64,000 nt of DNA from Candidatus Fimihabitans intestinipullorum. GTDB lineage: Bacteria > Bacillota_I > Bacilli_A > RF39 > UBA660. The DNA lies in NCBI GenBank assembly GCA_018714965.1, contig DVML01000025.1, positions 96,489-160,488 of the forward strand, in the 5' to 3' direction. Shown here in pieces: positions 18,235-28,178 of the stretch. The stretch's first letter is position 1, and each line of letters begins with the position of its first letter. Below the pieces are notes generated by a model that did not search any database, was not told where the DNA came from, and saw nothing but the letters and a program-made list of their open reading frames with translations. A program made the position numbers and the translations under genes.

Positions 18235-18970
18235 GTTATACTTTCATCCACTTTTTTATATCGTTGGTTTTATCATGATGCTGTTGGGACGTTTTTCCTT
18301 TTTCTTTTGGTTTACGCTTTTACTTCTCGTTCATGAATTCGGTCACGCTTTTGTTGCGTATCTCTATCGTTGGAAGATCACATCGATTACGATTTATCCT
18401 TTTGGAGGAATGACGAGGTTTTCCGAGCAACTCAATCGACCAATTGTCGAAGAGTTTTTGATATTGATCGCAGGCCCTATCGCGCAACAACTAGGTTACT
18501 TTCTTTTTCCTTTTTTGGGGGCACCTTCTATTGCTTTAATACACTATGCACTTTTGTGTTTTAATTTACTTCCTATCGTTCCGTTAGATGGTTCAAAATT
18601 AGTAGAAATCATCCTTCAATTGTTTGTTCCGTATCGTTCTTCTAAATATGGAGTTTTCTTTGTGTCTTTTGTAATGGGAAGTATTCTTTGGTATGTTTCT
18701 CTTTTTTTTCATAATCTTCTTGGAATTGTTTTATGCAGCTATCTTACGGTACAGATCGTGACGTATTTTCGCAACATCGATCGCACGACGTTAAAGTTTT
18801 TATTAGAGCGATATTTATATTCTTATCATTTTCGCAAAAAACAAGTGATAAATGGAGGAGATATTAGGAAAATGTATCGAGAGAGAAGCCATATATTTTA
18901 TATCGATCAAACGTATCATACAGAGCGAGAAATTTTAAGGAAAACGTTTGACTTATCAAGGAGTTTGTGA
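18212..18970 (+). CDS. M50 site-2 metalloprotease, SpoIVFB-like; conserved first TM helix lies upstream of ATG 18275
   Basis: HEFGH and NLLPIVPLDGSKL motifs are present. The upstream in-frame sequence KLIFHKLYFHPLFLYIVGFI resembles the SpoIVFB N-terminus. Confidence 0.8.
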   Translation: MIKLIFHKLYFHPLFYIVGFIMMLLGRFSFFFWFTLLLLVHEFGHAFVAYLYRWKITSITIYPFGGMTRFSEQLNRPIVEEFLILIAGPIAQQLGYFLFPFLGAPSIALIHYALLCFNLLPIVPLDGSKLVEIILQLFVPYRSSKYGVFFVSFVMGSILWYVSLFFHNLLGIVLCSYLTVQIVTYFRNIDRTTLKFLLERYLYSYHFRKKQVINGGDIRKMYRERSHIFYIDQTYHTEREILRKTFDLSRSL

Positions 18971-18977
18971 TAAAATT
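18948..18977 (+). promoter_or_regulatory. sigma-A-type promoter of the rplU operon
   Basis: TTGACT 18948-18953, an 18-nt spacer including the TGa extension, then TAAAAT 18972-18977. Confidence 0.55.
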
Positions 18978-18983
18978 CTATAT

Positions 18984-19081
18984 TGTGTAGTACCTCATGT
19001 TGCTACAACCGCACGAACCAGGTTATAAACACGTTAGTGTGCCTGATAGGCGAGTCTTAGAAAATAAAGAAGGAGGTCAAT
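18984..19081 (+). promoter_or_regulatory. candidate L21 (rplU) leader RNA
   Basis: About 100-nt GC-richer 5' UTR with helices such as TGTAG/CTACA and GCAC/GTGC. Occupies the same position as the Firmicute L21 leader. Not verified against a model. Confidence 0.3.
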
Positions 19082-19381
19082 ATGAAAGCAGTTATTGAAA
19101 CTGGTGGAAAGCAATATTTAGTAGAAAAAGGTAGTGTTATCTACGTTGAAAAAATGGATGCTGAGCCAGGAAAGAAAGTAAATTTCAATGTACTTATGGT
19201 AGATGGAACTGTTGGTCATCCATATGTTACAAATGCAGAAGTAACTGGTGAAGTTGTAAAACACGGAAAACAAAAGAAAGTTGTTGTTTACAAATACAAC
19301 GCTAAGAAAAAATACCGTAGAAGACAAGGACACCGTCAACCATATACAAAAATTGAAATTAAATCTGTAACGACAAAATAG
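19082..19381 (+). CDS. rplU: 50S ribosomal protein L21
   Basis: N-terminus [24 protein letters not shown] and C-terminal [15 protein letters not shown]. Confidence 0.97.
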   Translation: MKAVIETGGKQYLVEKGSVIYVEKMDAEPGKKVNFNVLMVDGTVGHPYVTNAEVTGEVVKHGKQKKVVVYKYNAKKKYRRRQGHRQPYTKIEIKSVTTK

Positions 19382-19382
19382 T

Positions 19383-19703
19383 ATGATACAGATTCATATC
19401 AAAGAGACGGAAAAAGAAGTAAAAGAAATTACGATTTCAGGACATGCTGGATATAGTCATGCAGGGAATGATATCGTATGTGCTGCAGTAAGCAGTATCG
19501 TGATTACTTCGATCAATGCAATTTTGAGATTGGATCAAGATGCGATTCAATATGAAGAAGATGAAGGTTTTATTTCAATTAACGTATTGAAGCACGATAA
19601 AGTAACGGTTACACTCATTACGAATTTAATCGAATTACTGATCGAATTACAAAACGATTATAAAAAGTATATAAAAATTAATAAGGAGGTGTCCTCATGT
19701 TAA
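19383..19703 (+). CDS. prp: ribosomal-processing cysteine protease Prp
   Basis: [20 protein letters not shown] His/Cys dyad. Located between rplU and rpmA. Confidence 0.9.
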   Translation: MIQIHIKETEKEVKEITISGHAGYSHAGNDIVCAAVSSIVITSINAILRLDQDAIQYEEDEGFISINVLKHDKVTVTLITNLIELLIELQNDYKKYIKINKEVSSC

Positions 19704-19990
19704 AGTTATTACAATTGAATATTCAATTATTTGCACATAAAAAAGGGCAAGGTTCTACGCAAAACGGACGTGACAGTATCTCTAAACGTTTAGGAGCAAA
19801 AGCTGCTGATGGAGAATACGTAACAGGTGGATCTATTTTATATCGTCAACGTGGAACGAAAATTTACCCAGGAAAGAACGTAGGTATCGGAAGTGATGAT
19901 ACATTGTATGCAAAAATTTCTGGATATGTCAAATTTGAACGTGTTGGAAAAGATAGAAAACAAGTTAGTGTTTATCCTGAAAGAGGATAA
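19697..19990 (+). CDS. rpmA: 50S ribosomal protein L27 with cleavable N-terminal extension
   Basis: The [20 protein letters not shown] propeptide ends in the Prp cleavage motif F|A. The L27 core follows. Confidence 0.95.
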   Translation: MLKLLQLNIQLFAHKKGQGSTQNGRDSISKRLGAKAADGEYVTGGSILYRQRGTKIYPGKNVGIGSDDTLYAKISGYVKFERVGKDRKQVSVYPERG

Positions 19991-20054
19991 TTTGTATGAA
20001 AAAGGTACGAAAGTGCCTTTTTTTGATATAATGAAGTTATCGTAGGGTGATAAA

Positions 20055-20534
20055 ATGAAAAAACTATTATTGATAATTGATTTACAAGATGCTTTTTTAA
20101 ATGAAGCAACAGCCTTTGTCTCTAGAAAGATCGATGATTTGATACAGTCTGGGAAATTTGATGATGTTTTGTTTACGAGGTTTGTCAATACAGAAAATAG
20201 TGTCTACGAAAAGGAATTATTCTATGAAGGTTGTAAAAAGGAAGATGGAAAGATCGTAATCGATACACATGGGTTTTCTGTAATAGATAAAACACAATAT
20301 TCTGCCTATACTCCGGCATTGCTTAATTACATAAAAGACAAACAAATCGATCAGATTTATCTTTGTGGACTTGATACTGATTGTTGTGTTCTCATAACTG
20401 CGATAGACTTGTTTGAACATGGCTATGATATCTATGTGTTGCAGGATTTTTGTGCAAGTTCTGGTGGAGAGACAATGCATCAAGCTGGCCTTATGATTGG
20501 AAGAAGAAACATTGGAAAAAATCGAGTCGTATAG
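20055..20534 (+). CDS. isochorismatase-family cysteine hydrolase
   Basis: LLIIDLQDAF near the N-terminus and LCGLDTDCCVLITAIDLFEHGYDIYVL carrying the catalytic Cys. Confidence 0.8.
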   Translation: MKKLLLIIDLQDAFLNEATAFVSRKIDDLIQSGKFDDVLFTRFVNTENSVYEKELFYEGCKKEDGKIVIDTHGFSVIDKTQYSAYTPALLNYIKDKQIDQIYLCGLDTDCCVLITAIDLFEHGYDIYVLQDFCASSGGETMHQAGLMIGRRNIGKNRVV

Positions 20535-20589
20535 GCTGGTAATTTTATCAAACTAGTGTATAATAGAAGAGAAAAAAAGAGGTGATACT

Positions 20590-21864
20590 ATGTTTATAGA
20601 TGAAGTGACAATGGATTTAATCGCTGGTCGCGGTGGAGATGGTTGCATGGCATTCAGACGAGAAAAATACGTCGAAATGGGTGGCCCTTTCGGTGGGAAT
20701 GGCGGAAAGGGTGCAAGTATTATTTTCGAAGCCGATGAGGGATTAAATACACTGATCGATTTACGATATAAAAAATTAATAAAAGCTCCAAAAGGGGAGA
20801 ATGGTCAAGGGAAAAACTGTCATGGGAAGAATAGCCCTGACGTAATTGTAAAAGTTCCAATCGGTACTGTTGTGACAGATGTTGATACAAATTTAATTGT
20901 AGCTGATTTAACGAAGCATGGAGAAAGAGCAGTCGTTGCCCGTGGTGGACGTGGTGGAAGAGGAAATACAGCGTTTGCGACACGTCAAAATCCAGCTCCT
21001 AATTTTGCTGAAAATGGAGAACCAGGAGAAGAAAAACAAGTAAAAGTAGAATTAAAGTTACTTGCTGATGTTGGACTTGTCGGATTACCAAGCGTTGGAA
21101 AATCGACGATTATCTCAAAAATTTCTGCATCAAAACCAAAGATTGCAGCATATCATTTTACGACGTTGAGACCCAATTTGGGAGTTGTTCGTGCGAGTGA
21201 TGGAAGAAGCTTTGTCGTTGCCGATTTACCAGGGCTCATCAAGGGTGCTTCTTTAGGGGAAGGACTTGGAGATCGATTTTTAAAACATATCGAGAGGACG
21301 CGAGTGATTGCACACGTCATCGATATGAGTGGGTTTGAGGGAAGAGATCCGTACGATGATTATGTTACGATCAATGAAGAGTTAAAGAACTTTAATGAAT
21401 CTCTTATAAAGAAACCACAAATTGTCGTAGCAAATAAGATGGATGCTCCGGAGGCGAAAGAACATTTGCAAGCATTTAAAAAGAAAGTTACGGATGTTCC
21501 TGTATATGAAATTTCTGCACTAGAAAATAAAGGATTGCAACAAGTTGTCGATGCACTTGCGGATAAATTAGATACGATTGCGAAAAAGCCTCTCTATGAA
21601 GAAGAACGTTTCGAAAGCCACGTTGTTTATAAATTTAAGAAAGAACAACCATTTACAGTGACAAATGAAAATGGAACTTGGGTGATTCGCGGAGATGAAG
21701 TAGAAAAATTATTCCGCATGTCTCGACTCAATACAGAAGAAGCGTTCTTACGTTTTTCAAATCAGTTAAAGAAACTTGGAATAGAGGATAAACTAAGAGA
21801 ACTTGGTGCTCAAGATGGAGATAACGTTCGAATTTTAGATTACGAGTTTGATTATCGTTTATAG
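20590..21864 (+). CDS. obg: GTPase Obg/CgtA
   Basis: Glycine-rich Obg fold (AGRGGDGCMAFRREKY), G1 motif GLPSVGKST, and a C-terminal OCT domain. Confidence 0.96.
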   Translation: MFIDEVTMDLIAGRGGDGCMAFRREKYVEMGGPFGGNGGKGASIIFEADEGLNTLIDLRYKKLIKAPKGENGQGKNCHGKNSPDVIVKVPIGTVVTDVDTNLIVADLTKHGERAVVARGGRGGRGNTAFATRQNPAPNFAENGEPGEEKQVKVELKLLADVGLVGLPSVGKSTIISKISASKPKIAAYHFTTLRPNLGVVRASDGRSFVVADLPGLIKGASLGEGLGDRFLKHIERTRVIAHVIDMSGFEGRDPYDDYVTINEELKNFNESLIKKPQIVVANKMDAPEAKEHLQAFKKKVTDVPVYEISALENKGLQQVVDALADKLDTIAKKPLYEEERFESHVVYKFKKEQPFTVTNENGTWVIRGDEVEKLFRMSRLNTEEAFLRFSNQLKKLGIEDKLRELGAQDGDNVRILDYEFDYRL

Positions 21865-21865
21865 G

Positions 21866-21890
21866 GAAACAGAGATCTGTTTCTCTTTTT
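21866..21890 (+). terminator. intrinsic terminator after obg
   Basis: Stem GAAACAG 21866-21872 / CTGTTTC 21877-21883, followed by a T-rich tail. Confidence 0.75.
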
Positions 21891-21919
21891 GTGATATAAT
21901 GGGAATGTAAGGTGATCAT

Positions 21920-22696
21920 ATGAATATAATGATAGGAATTATAGTTCCGCTGATTGGAACGATGCTTGGGGCAGGGATGGTTTTTTTCATGAAGCATACG
22001 CTCCCCGAGAAACTAGAAAAATCGTTACTAGGCTTTGCATCAGGTGTTATGATTGCAGCTTCTGTCTGGTCTTTGTTAGTGCCGGCAATTGAAATGGCAG
22101 AAGAACAAGGACAAACTCCATGGATAGCACCTTCGATTGGTTTTTTGCTAGGAATCGGATTTCTATTGTTATTAGATGTAATAATTCCCCATTTACATCT
22201 TCATAGCAATGAACCAGAAGGTGTAAGAGCACGATTAAAAAAGTCTACGATGTTGCTTCTCGCCGTTACTCTGCACAATATTCCGGAAGGAATGGCAGTA
22301 GGAGTTGTCTTCGCAGGCTTTGCAGATTCTAACACGGGAATTACACTTGCAGGTGCCTTCGCTCTTTCGATTGGAATTGCTATTCAAAATTTTCCAGAAG
22401 GTGCAATCATTTCCATGCCACTTCGAAGTGAAGGGTTCACTAAGAAAAAAGCGTTCTTGCATGGGGCACTATCGGGAGTGGTCGAACCGATTGGAGCAGC
22501 AATTACGATTTTGTTGACGAGTCAAGTGCTTCCTATTTTACCTGTTTTATTATCGTTTGCGGCTGGAGCAATGATTTATGTGGTGGTAGAAGAATTGATT
22601 CCGGAATCTCATACAGGGGAACATTCTAATTTAGGTACGATTGGAGTGGCACTTGGTTTTGTATTGATGATGATTTTAGATATTGCATTAGGGTAG
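21920..22696 (+). CDS. zupT: ZIP-family divalent metal transporter (ZupT-like)
   Basis: 258-aa polytopic protein with HNIPEGMAVG and QNFPEGA motifs. Confidence 0.8.
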   Translation: MNIMIGIIVPLIGTMLGAGMVFFMKHTLPEKLEKSLLGFASGVMIAASVWSLLVPAIEMAEEQGQTPWIAPSIGFLLGIGFLLLLDVIIPHLHLHSNEPEGVRARLKKSTMLLLAVTLHNIPEGMAVGVVFAGFADSNTGITLAGAFALSIGIAIQNFPEGAIISMPLRSEGFTKKKAFLHGALSGVVEPIGAAITILLTSQVLPILPVLLSFAAGAMIYVVVEELIPESHTGEHSNLGTIGVALGFVLMMILDIALG

Positions 22697-22704
22697 GTGA
22701 AAAA

Positions 22705-23415
22705 ATGGATACGTTGGAAGAAATGATACGAAAGAGTAATTATATTGTTTTCTTTGGAGGGGCTGGTGTATCTACGGAAAGCGGGATCCCAGATTTTCGT
22801 GGTGCGAAAGGATTGTATCAAAATCGTGAGTTTCCAGCAGAGATTATGCTTTCTCACACGTTTTACGAAGAACATCCAGAAGAGTTTCAAGAATTTTATT
22901 TAAAACACTTAGTGTATCCGAAGGCAGAGCCAAACTTAGCTCATCAAGCATTAGCACACTTAGAAAAAATTGGAAAGTTAAAAGCTGTGGTTACGCAAAA
23001 TATCGATGGGTTACATCAGAAAGCCGGAAGTAAAAATGTCTTAGAACTCCATGGGAGTATTCATAGAAATACATGTCAAAGCTGCGGTAGGAAATATTCT
23101 TTAGAGGACATTTTAGAAAAACATCGCGATTTTAAATGTTCCTGCGGTGGTAGAATTAAACCAGATGTCGTCTTGTATGAAGAACCACTTGATAACGATG
23201 TGTTTGAAGCGGCAATACAAGCGATTTCACATTGTGATATGTTTATCATTGGTGGAACTTCTTTGGCTGTTTATCCGGCTGCAAATTTAGTTCATTATTT
23301 CAAAGGGAAACATTTGGTTTTGATCAATCAAACGGAAACTCCGTATGACCATTTGGCAGACTTAGTCATTCATGCTTCTATTGCAGATGTGCTTTCTAAA
23401 TGGGTTGAAAAGTAA
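22705..23415 (+). CDS. cobB: NAD-dependent protein deacylase (Sir2 family)
   Basis: GAGVSTESGIPDFRG, QNIDGLH, and a zinc ribbon CQSCG...CSCGG. Confidence 0.9.
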   Translation: MDTLEEMIRKSNYIVFFGGAGVSTESGIPDFRGAKGLYQNREFPAEIMLSHTFYEEHPEEFQEFYLKHLVYPKAEPNLAHQALAHLEKIGKLKAVVTQNIDGLHQKAGSKNVLELHGSIHRNTCQSCGRKYSLEDILEKHRDFKCSCGGRIKPDVVLYEEPLDNDVFEAAIQAISHCDMFIIGGTSLAVYPAANLVHYFKGKHLVLINQTETPYDHLADLVIHASIADVLSKWVEK

Positions 23416-23668
23416 GGTTCAATTTAGGTTGAATCTTTTTTTGTGGGGCGATTCCATAATTTCCCACATTCTTTTTAAATTTTTACCATAATTTTTCTTT
23501 AGAATGTAAGTATCGGAGGTGATAAAAAACAGTGAAAATAAAATAACATGACAGAAGCAACAATAAAATGAAAATATAAAAATACACTCCTAAACACGAC
23601 AGAAGGGATGGTGATAATGAGTAGAAATGAAAATAGAATAGTGATATACTATTAAACGAGGTGTTATT

Positions 23669-24328
23669 ATGTATAAGATTTGCTTAGTAGAAGATGAAGA
23701 AAATTTAAATCAATTAATCAAATCCTATTTAACCCGCGCAGGCTATGAAGTGGTTAACTTCTTGAATGGAGAAGACGCGATGAATTATATAGGAAATGAA
23801 GTTCATTTATGGATTTTAGACATTATGTTGGGTGATCAAATTAGTGGATATGATATTATTAAAAAAATCAGGGAAGAGTCGAAAGATGTTCCAGTTATAT
23901 TCACATCTGCACGTGATCAAGATCTAGATAAAATCATCGGTTTAGAGCTTGGAAGCGATGATTATGTAACCAAACCTTACTCTCCTAAAGAACTCGTGTT
24001 ACGTGTGAACAACATGATGAAGCGTGTTTACGATAATCATCCATCGGATAAAGTCACATATGAAGATTACGAAATTAATTTATCGAAACGAATGGTATAT
24101 CAGCAGGGAAAAGAGATTAATTTAACAACGTTAGAGTTTGATTTATTACTTTTATTTATCAATCATAAAAATAAATCATTTAGTCGAGATGACATATTGA
24201 AAAATGTTTGGGGCGAAGATTATTTTGGAAGTGATCGTGTCGTAGATGATCTAGTCAGACGTTTACGAAAGAAAATGCCGAATCTTCACATTAATACTCT
24301 CTACGGATTTGGGTATCGACTTATATGA
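23669..24328 (+). CDS. OmpR-family response regulator
   Basis: Receiver domain (LDIMLGD phospho-Asp region) plus a winged-helix C-terminus ending in GFGYRL. Confidence 0.9.
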   Translation: MYKICLVEDEENLNQLIKSYLTRAGYEVVNFLNGEDAMNYIGNEVHLWILDIMLGDQISGYDIIKKIREESKDVPVIFTSARDQDLDKIIGLELGSDDYVTKPYSPKELVLRVNNMMKRVYDNHPSDKVTYEDYEINLSKRMVYQQGKEINLTTLEFDLLLLFINHKNKSFSRDDILKNVWGEDYFGSDRVVDDLVRRLRKKMPNLHINTLYGFGYRLI

Positions 24329-25608
24329 GAGCTTCGAAACCTACAAAGAACCTAAAGCAAACATTGAGTCATCAATTGATTTCAATTGGGTTTATTATAT
24401 GTATGATTATATTTATGTCGCTCGGTATTTTACTCCCACGTACTTTGATGCCGGTTTATGAAAACAACATTTATCAATATTTAAAACAACCTTTGGAATT
24501 GATCGATTATGAGATCGATAGTAGCCAGGTTAATAGTACGGTTGCATACCTCTACGTAACGGGAGATAATGAGATTATTGCGAGTGACAATTTATCTAAA
24601 GTGATCTCTGCTAATCCAGAGCAAGTCTTAAGATTTATAGATAAAGATTACGGAAAATTTAAATTCTTAGGTGCTACATATTATTACAATACCTCATATA
24701 ATCAATATGTAACTAAGATTTCAATTACTGATGATAGTTATATTTTGCAAATGAAGAAAGATATCTTATATACGATATTTCCTATCATCTTAATTACAGT
24801 TCTTTTAATTGCCGCACTGTTGATCTTTTGGTCGAGACGACTAGTGTTAAAAATTGAGCATTTAAAGGAAAAAGTAGATAACTTATCAAATGATAATTAT
24901 AAAGACGGATATCGTTATGGTGACGATGATGAATTGATGGCACTTTCTAACGCCATTGACAATATGCACTTAAAATTAAAAGAAGAAGAAGAATATAAAA
25001 ACCAAATGTACCAAAACATATCGCATGATTTTAAAACTCCTCTCACAGTCATAAAATCGTATATCGAAGCGATAGAAGATGGGGTACAAGCACCTGCCGA
25101 TGGGTTTGAAATCATTAAACAGCAGGTGGATAAATTAGAACTCAAAGTACACTCCTTACTATACTTGAATAAGTTAAACTATATCAAAGATTCAAAAAAT
25201 TATAAAGAAGAGCATATTGATATTGTGAAAGTGATTCGAAAATCAGTTGATAAGTTCAAAGTGATTGCACCACAGCTCTCTTGGAAAATAGAATTGAAAG
25301 ACAAGAACACAATCTATCGCGGAAGTGAGGATATGTGGGAAGCTGTGATTGACAATATGCTTCAAAATTTTATACGCTATGCAGAACACGAGGTTAAAAT
25401 TACGTTAAAGAAAAACACACTGCAACTATATAACGATGGTCCTAATATCGATCCAAATATTTTAAATGATATCTTTACCCCTTATAAAAAAGGTATCAAT
25501 GGGCAATTCGGGTTAGGGTTGTCGATCGTCAAAAAAACTCTCGCCTTGTGTAATTATGAAATTAGCGTAAAGAACGAAAAGAAAGGTGTCAGTTTTATGA
25601 TTAAATAG
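24325..25608 (+). CDS. sensor histidine kinase
   Basis: Two TM helices, H-box ISHDFKTPLT, and N/G boxes (NMLQNFIRY, GLGLSIVK). Overlaps the regulator gene by 4 nt. Confidence 0.9.
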   Translation: MRASKPTKNLKQTLSHQLISIGFIICMIIFMSLGILLPRTLMPVYENNIYQYLKQPLELIDYEIDSSQVNSTVAYLYVTGDNEIIASDNLSKVISANPEQVLRFIDKDYGKFKFLGATYYYNTSYNQYVTKISITDDSYILQMKKDILYTIFPIILITVLLIAALLIFWSRRLVLKIEHLKEKVDNLSNDNYKDGYRYGDDDELMALSNAIDNMHLKLKEEEEYKNQMYQNISHDFKTPLTVIKSYIEAIEDGVQAPADGFEIIKQQVDKLELKVHSLLYLNKLNYIKDSKNYKEEHIDIVKVIRKSVDKFKVIAPQLSWKIELKDKNTIYRGSEDMWEAVIDNMLQNFIRYAEHEVKITLKKNTLQLYNDGPNIDPNILNDIFTPYKKGINGQFGLGLSIVKKTLALCNYEISVKNEKKGVSFMIK

Positions 25609-25612
25609 AAAA

Positions 25613-25643
25613 AAGGTCAGGTCTAAGGGTTTGACCTTTTTTT
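25613..25643 (+). terminator. intrinsic terminator after the kinase gene
   Basis: Stem AAGGTCA 25613-25619 / TGACCTT 25632-25638, followed by a T-run. Confidence 0.75.
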
Positions 25644-25677
25644 CATGTCTTTATGATATAATAGTCATGGTGATCAT

Positions 25678-26823
25678 ATGGGAAAAATATTGGATTATGA
25701 AGAAATGTTGCAGCATTTAGATCAATTAGATCCGAAAGTTATTCGAAAAATGCAACCGATTGGGTATACAACATATGGCTATCCACTTCTGCACTATACT
25801 TATGGTACTGGGAATGCCCATGTTATTTTAACGGCAGGAACCCATGCGACAGAATTGATTGGAAATTGTTTTTTAATTCATTTTATGGAGCAACTATCAA
25901 ATGGGACGATCGATTTAGATCCTTCGAAAGTGACGCTTCATTTCTTGCCAATTTTAAATCCAGAGGGAACGATTATTGTAACGAGTGCGATTCGTGCTTT
26001 GATTCCGCGGAATACAAGCGAAGTAACAGAACAATTCTTAGCAACGACATATTATGGAAATTGTAAAATTGATGATACTGGAGATACATCGTTATGTTTG
26101 GATATGTTTTCACGTGCTACATGGGATGCGATCGACGAAAAACACGCCAAGTTAAAAGCGCACTTGCAATGGTTAGATGATCGTTATCATTATCCCAAAG
26201 GAGTTATGATTGTGTGGAGTAGTAATGGAAACGGAGTAGATCTGAATTCAAATGTAACACCTACAAAATATTTGAAAGATACACTGGAGGGTAGGAAGAT
26301 ATTTGGAGAAGGACATCGTCGTCTTTTATGTCTTACGGAGCCGGGTCCATATGGTTGTCCGACAAAGAATGAAGACTTTCAATTAGAGGAAGAAAATAGA
26401 GCGTTACTTCATTTTTACGATACTTGTATTCATTCTCATCACGTAGTTGGAAGCATTATATATCACGCTTGTGGTGGGCAAGTTATCTATTTGGATGATA
26501 TTGGTGTATCACCTTGGAAAGATCAACTAGAACCGGTGGAAATTGACTATAATCAGATGCTCGCAAAAGTATATGCAGATGAAACCAAATACCAAGTAAA
26601 ATCTAATACAAGCTATACGACGATGGATGCAAGAATTAAGTCTATGCTTTCAGGAACGCTTTTGGTAGAATTAACTCCGATGAGAGGAACACCTCTAGGA
26701 CAATTTGTAAATTCAGAGTTAGGACTGTATGATGAAACGATGGAGAAGAATACGAAAGCTGTCACTGAAACTGTAAAGAAAATGTATTTACATGCGCCAA
26801 GTCGATGTAAAAAAGATGTATAG
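25678..26823 (+). CDS. M14-family zinc carboxypeptidase-like protein
   Basis: GTHATE (HxxE zinc motif) and PILNPEG are typical of M14 gamma-D-glutamyl-diamino-acid peptidases. Confidence 0.65.
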   Translation: MGKILDYEEMLQHLDQLDPKVIRKMQPIGYTTYGYPLLHYTYGTGNAHVILTAGTHATELIGNCFLIHFMEQLSNGTIDLDPSKVTLHFLPILNPEGTIIVTSAIRALIPRNTSEVTEQFLATTYYGNCKIDDTGDTSLCLDMFSRATWDAIDEKHAKLKAHLQWLDDRYHYPKGVMIVWSSNGNGVDLNSNVTPTKYLKDTLEGRKIFGEGHRRLLCLTEPGPYGCPTKNEDFQLEEENRALLHFYDTCIHSHHVVGSIIYHACGGQVIYLDDIGVSPWKDQLEPVEIDYNQMLAKVYADETKYQVKSNTSYTTMDARIKSMLSGTLLVELTPMRGTPLGQFVNSELGLYDETMEKNTKAVTETVKKMYLHAPSRCKKDV

Positions 26824-26899
26824 AGACTACAAAAGTAATTGAGTCTCTTTTCATTTGGTTGAAAACTATGTATAATGAAATTAGATTGGAGGGGTGGCC

Positions 26900-28177
26900 G
26901 TGTTTTTTACGAAAATACCTAGTTTCAAAAAAGCAACAGAGAAGAAAAAAATCAAGATTGCGCAAAGGCCAAATTATGTTTATATCCCACTTGTCAATCA
27001 GGATGACGAGAATATCACACGTCTTGTAAAAAAGGGAGATTATATATATAAAGGACAGTCTGTCGGAAGAAGAAAAGGAAATTTACGCATTCCAATTCCT
27101 TCTAGCGTGAGTGGAACTGTGATAGGCTTTGAAGAACATACTTATCTGAATGGAAAAAAAGTAAAGTGTGTCGTGATTGAAAATGATTTTAAAGAAAAAA
27201 CAGAACGTCGGTTGGGTGTAAAAAAAGATTTAACCAAGTTTACCAAAGAGGAATTTATAGAACGTTTGCAAGAGATGGGAATCGTAGGAATGGGTGGTAC
27301 TGGATTTCCAACGTATGTCAAATATAATACGAATAAAAAGATTCATACGTTGATTATCAACGCAGTAGAATGTGAACCATATATTACTGCTGATTTTGCC
27401 TTATTAAAAGAGCATGTAGAAGAAATTTTGGAAGCAATCGATGCCGTGATGGAGATATGTCACATCGACGAAACTTTGATTGCTGTTAAAAAAGGAAATA
27501 CAGAATTGATCGAATTATTGTCTAACTTTGTTGGAACCTATCTAAAAATCAAAATTGCTCCTGTTTCAAATGGATATCCATCTGGATGGGAGAAGGGGCT
27601 TGTATATCAACTCAAACGAGTTAGTTATCAGGTGACTTCTGTAGAACGTGGTATTATTGTAAGCAATGTTTCTACGATGTATGCGATTTATGAAGCATTG
27701 AAGTACCATGCACCACTTACAGAGAGGGTTGTTACCTTTACGGGAGAAATGTTGAAAGATCCACAAAACATCCAAGTAAAAATAGGAACGAAAGTAAGCG
27801 ATGTGATCGAAACGATCGGTGGATATCATAAAGGTGAAGATCTTTATTTTGTGGCTGGTGGGCCTATGATGGGAAAGTCTTTGCCAGATGATGATTTGGT
27901 TGTAAGTGCTAATTTAAATTGCGTGTTAGTCCTTCCAAAGCAAAAAGAGTTGGAAGCGACGACTTGTATTCGTTGTGGCAAATGTGTAGAACATTGTCCT
28001 GCAAAGTTGAGTCCGGTTCTCATTGCACGAGCGAAAGGAGATATTAAGAAATTACAGAAGCTACAAGCGGATCGTTGTATCGAATGTGGTTTATGTTCTT
28101 ACATTTGTCCTGCTCGTATCAACGTGAGAGAAAAAGTAGTCGAAGCAAAAAAAATGTTAGAAGAAAGTAGTGAGTAA
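26900..28177 (+). CDS. rnfC: RnfC-like electron transport subunit (NADH-binding, 2x[4Fe-4S])
   Basis: GMGGTGFPT, CIRCGKCVEHCP and CIECGLCSYICP. GTG 26900 lies 7 nt after GGAGG; the track start GTG 26894 is an alternative. Confidence 0.85.
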   Translation: MFFTKIPSFKKATEKKKIKIAQRPNYVYIPLVNQDDENITRLVKKGDYIYKGQSVGRRKGNLRIPIPSSVSGTVIGFEEHTYLNGKKVKCVVIENDFKEKTERRLGVKKDLTKFTKEEFIERLQEMGIVGMGGTGFPTYVKYNTNKKIHTLIINAVECEPYITADFALLKEHVEEILEAIDAVMEICHIDETLIAVKKGNTELIELLSNFVGTYLKIKIAPVSNGYPSGWEKGLVYQLKRVSYQVTSVERGIIVSNVSTMYAIYEALKYHAPLTERVVTFTGEMLKDPQNIQVKIGTKVSDVIETIGGYHKGEDLYFVAGGPMMGKSLPDDDLVVSANLNCVLVLPKQKELEATTCIRCGKCVEHCPAKLSPVLIARAKGDIKKLQKLQADRCIECGLCSYICPARINVREKVVEAKKMLEESSE

Positions 28178-28178
28178 A

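Noticed and set aside
23454-23494. Direct repeat CCATAATTT at 23454 and 23486, upstream of the two-component system, as a response-regulator binding site
   Set aside because: The units are only 9 nt long, lie in AT-rich DNA and are spaced 32 nt apart. This is easily chance, with no further support.
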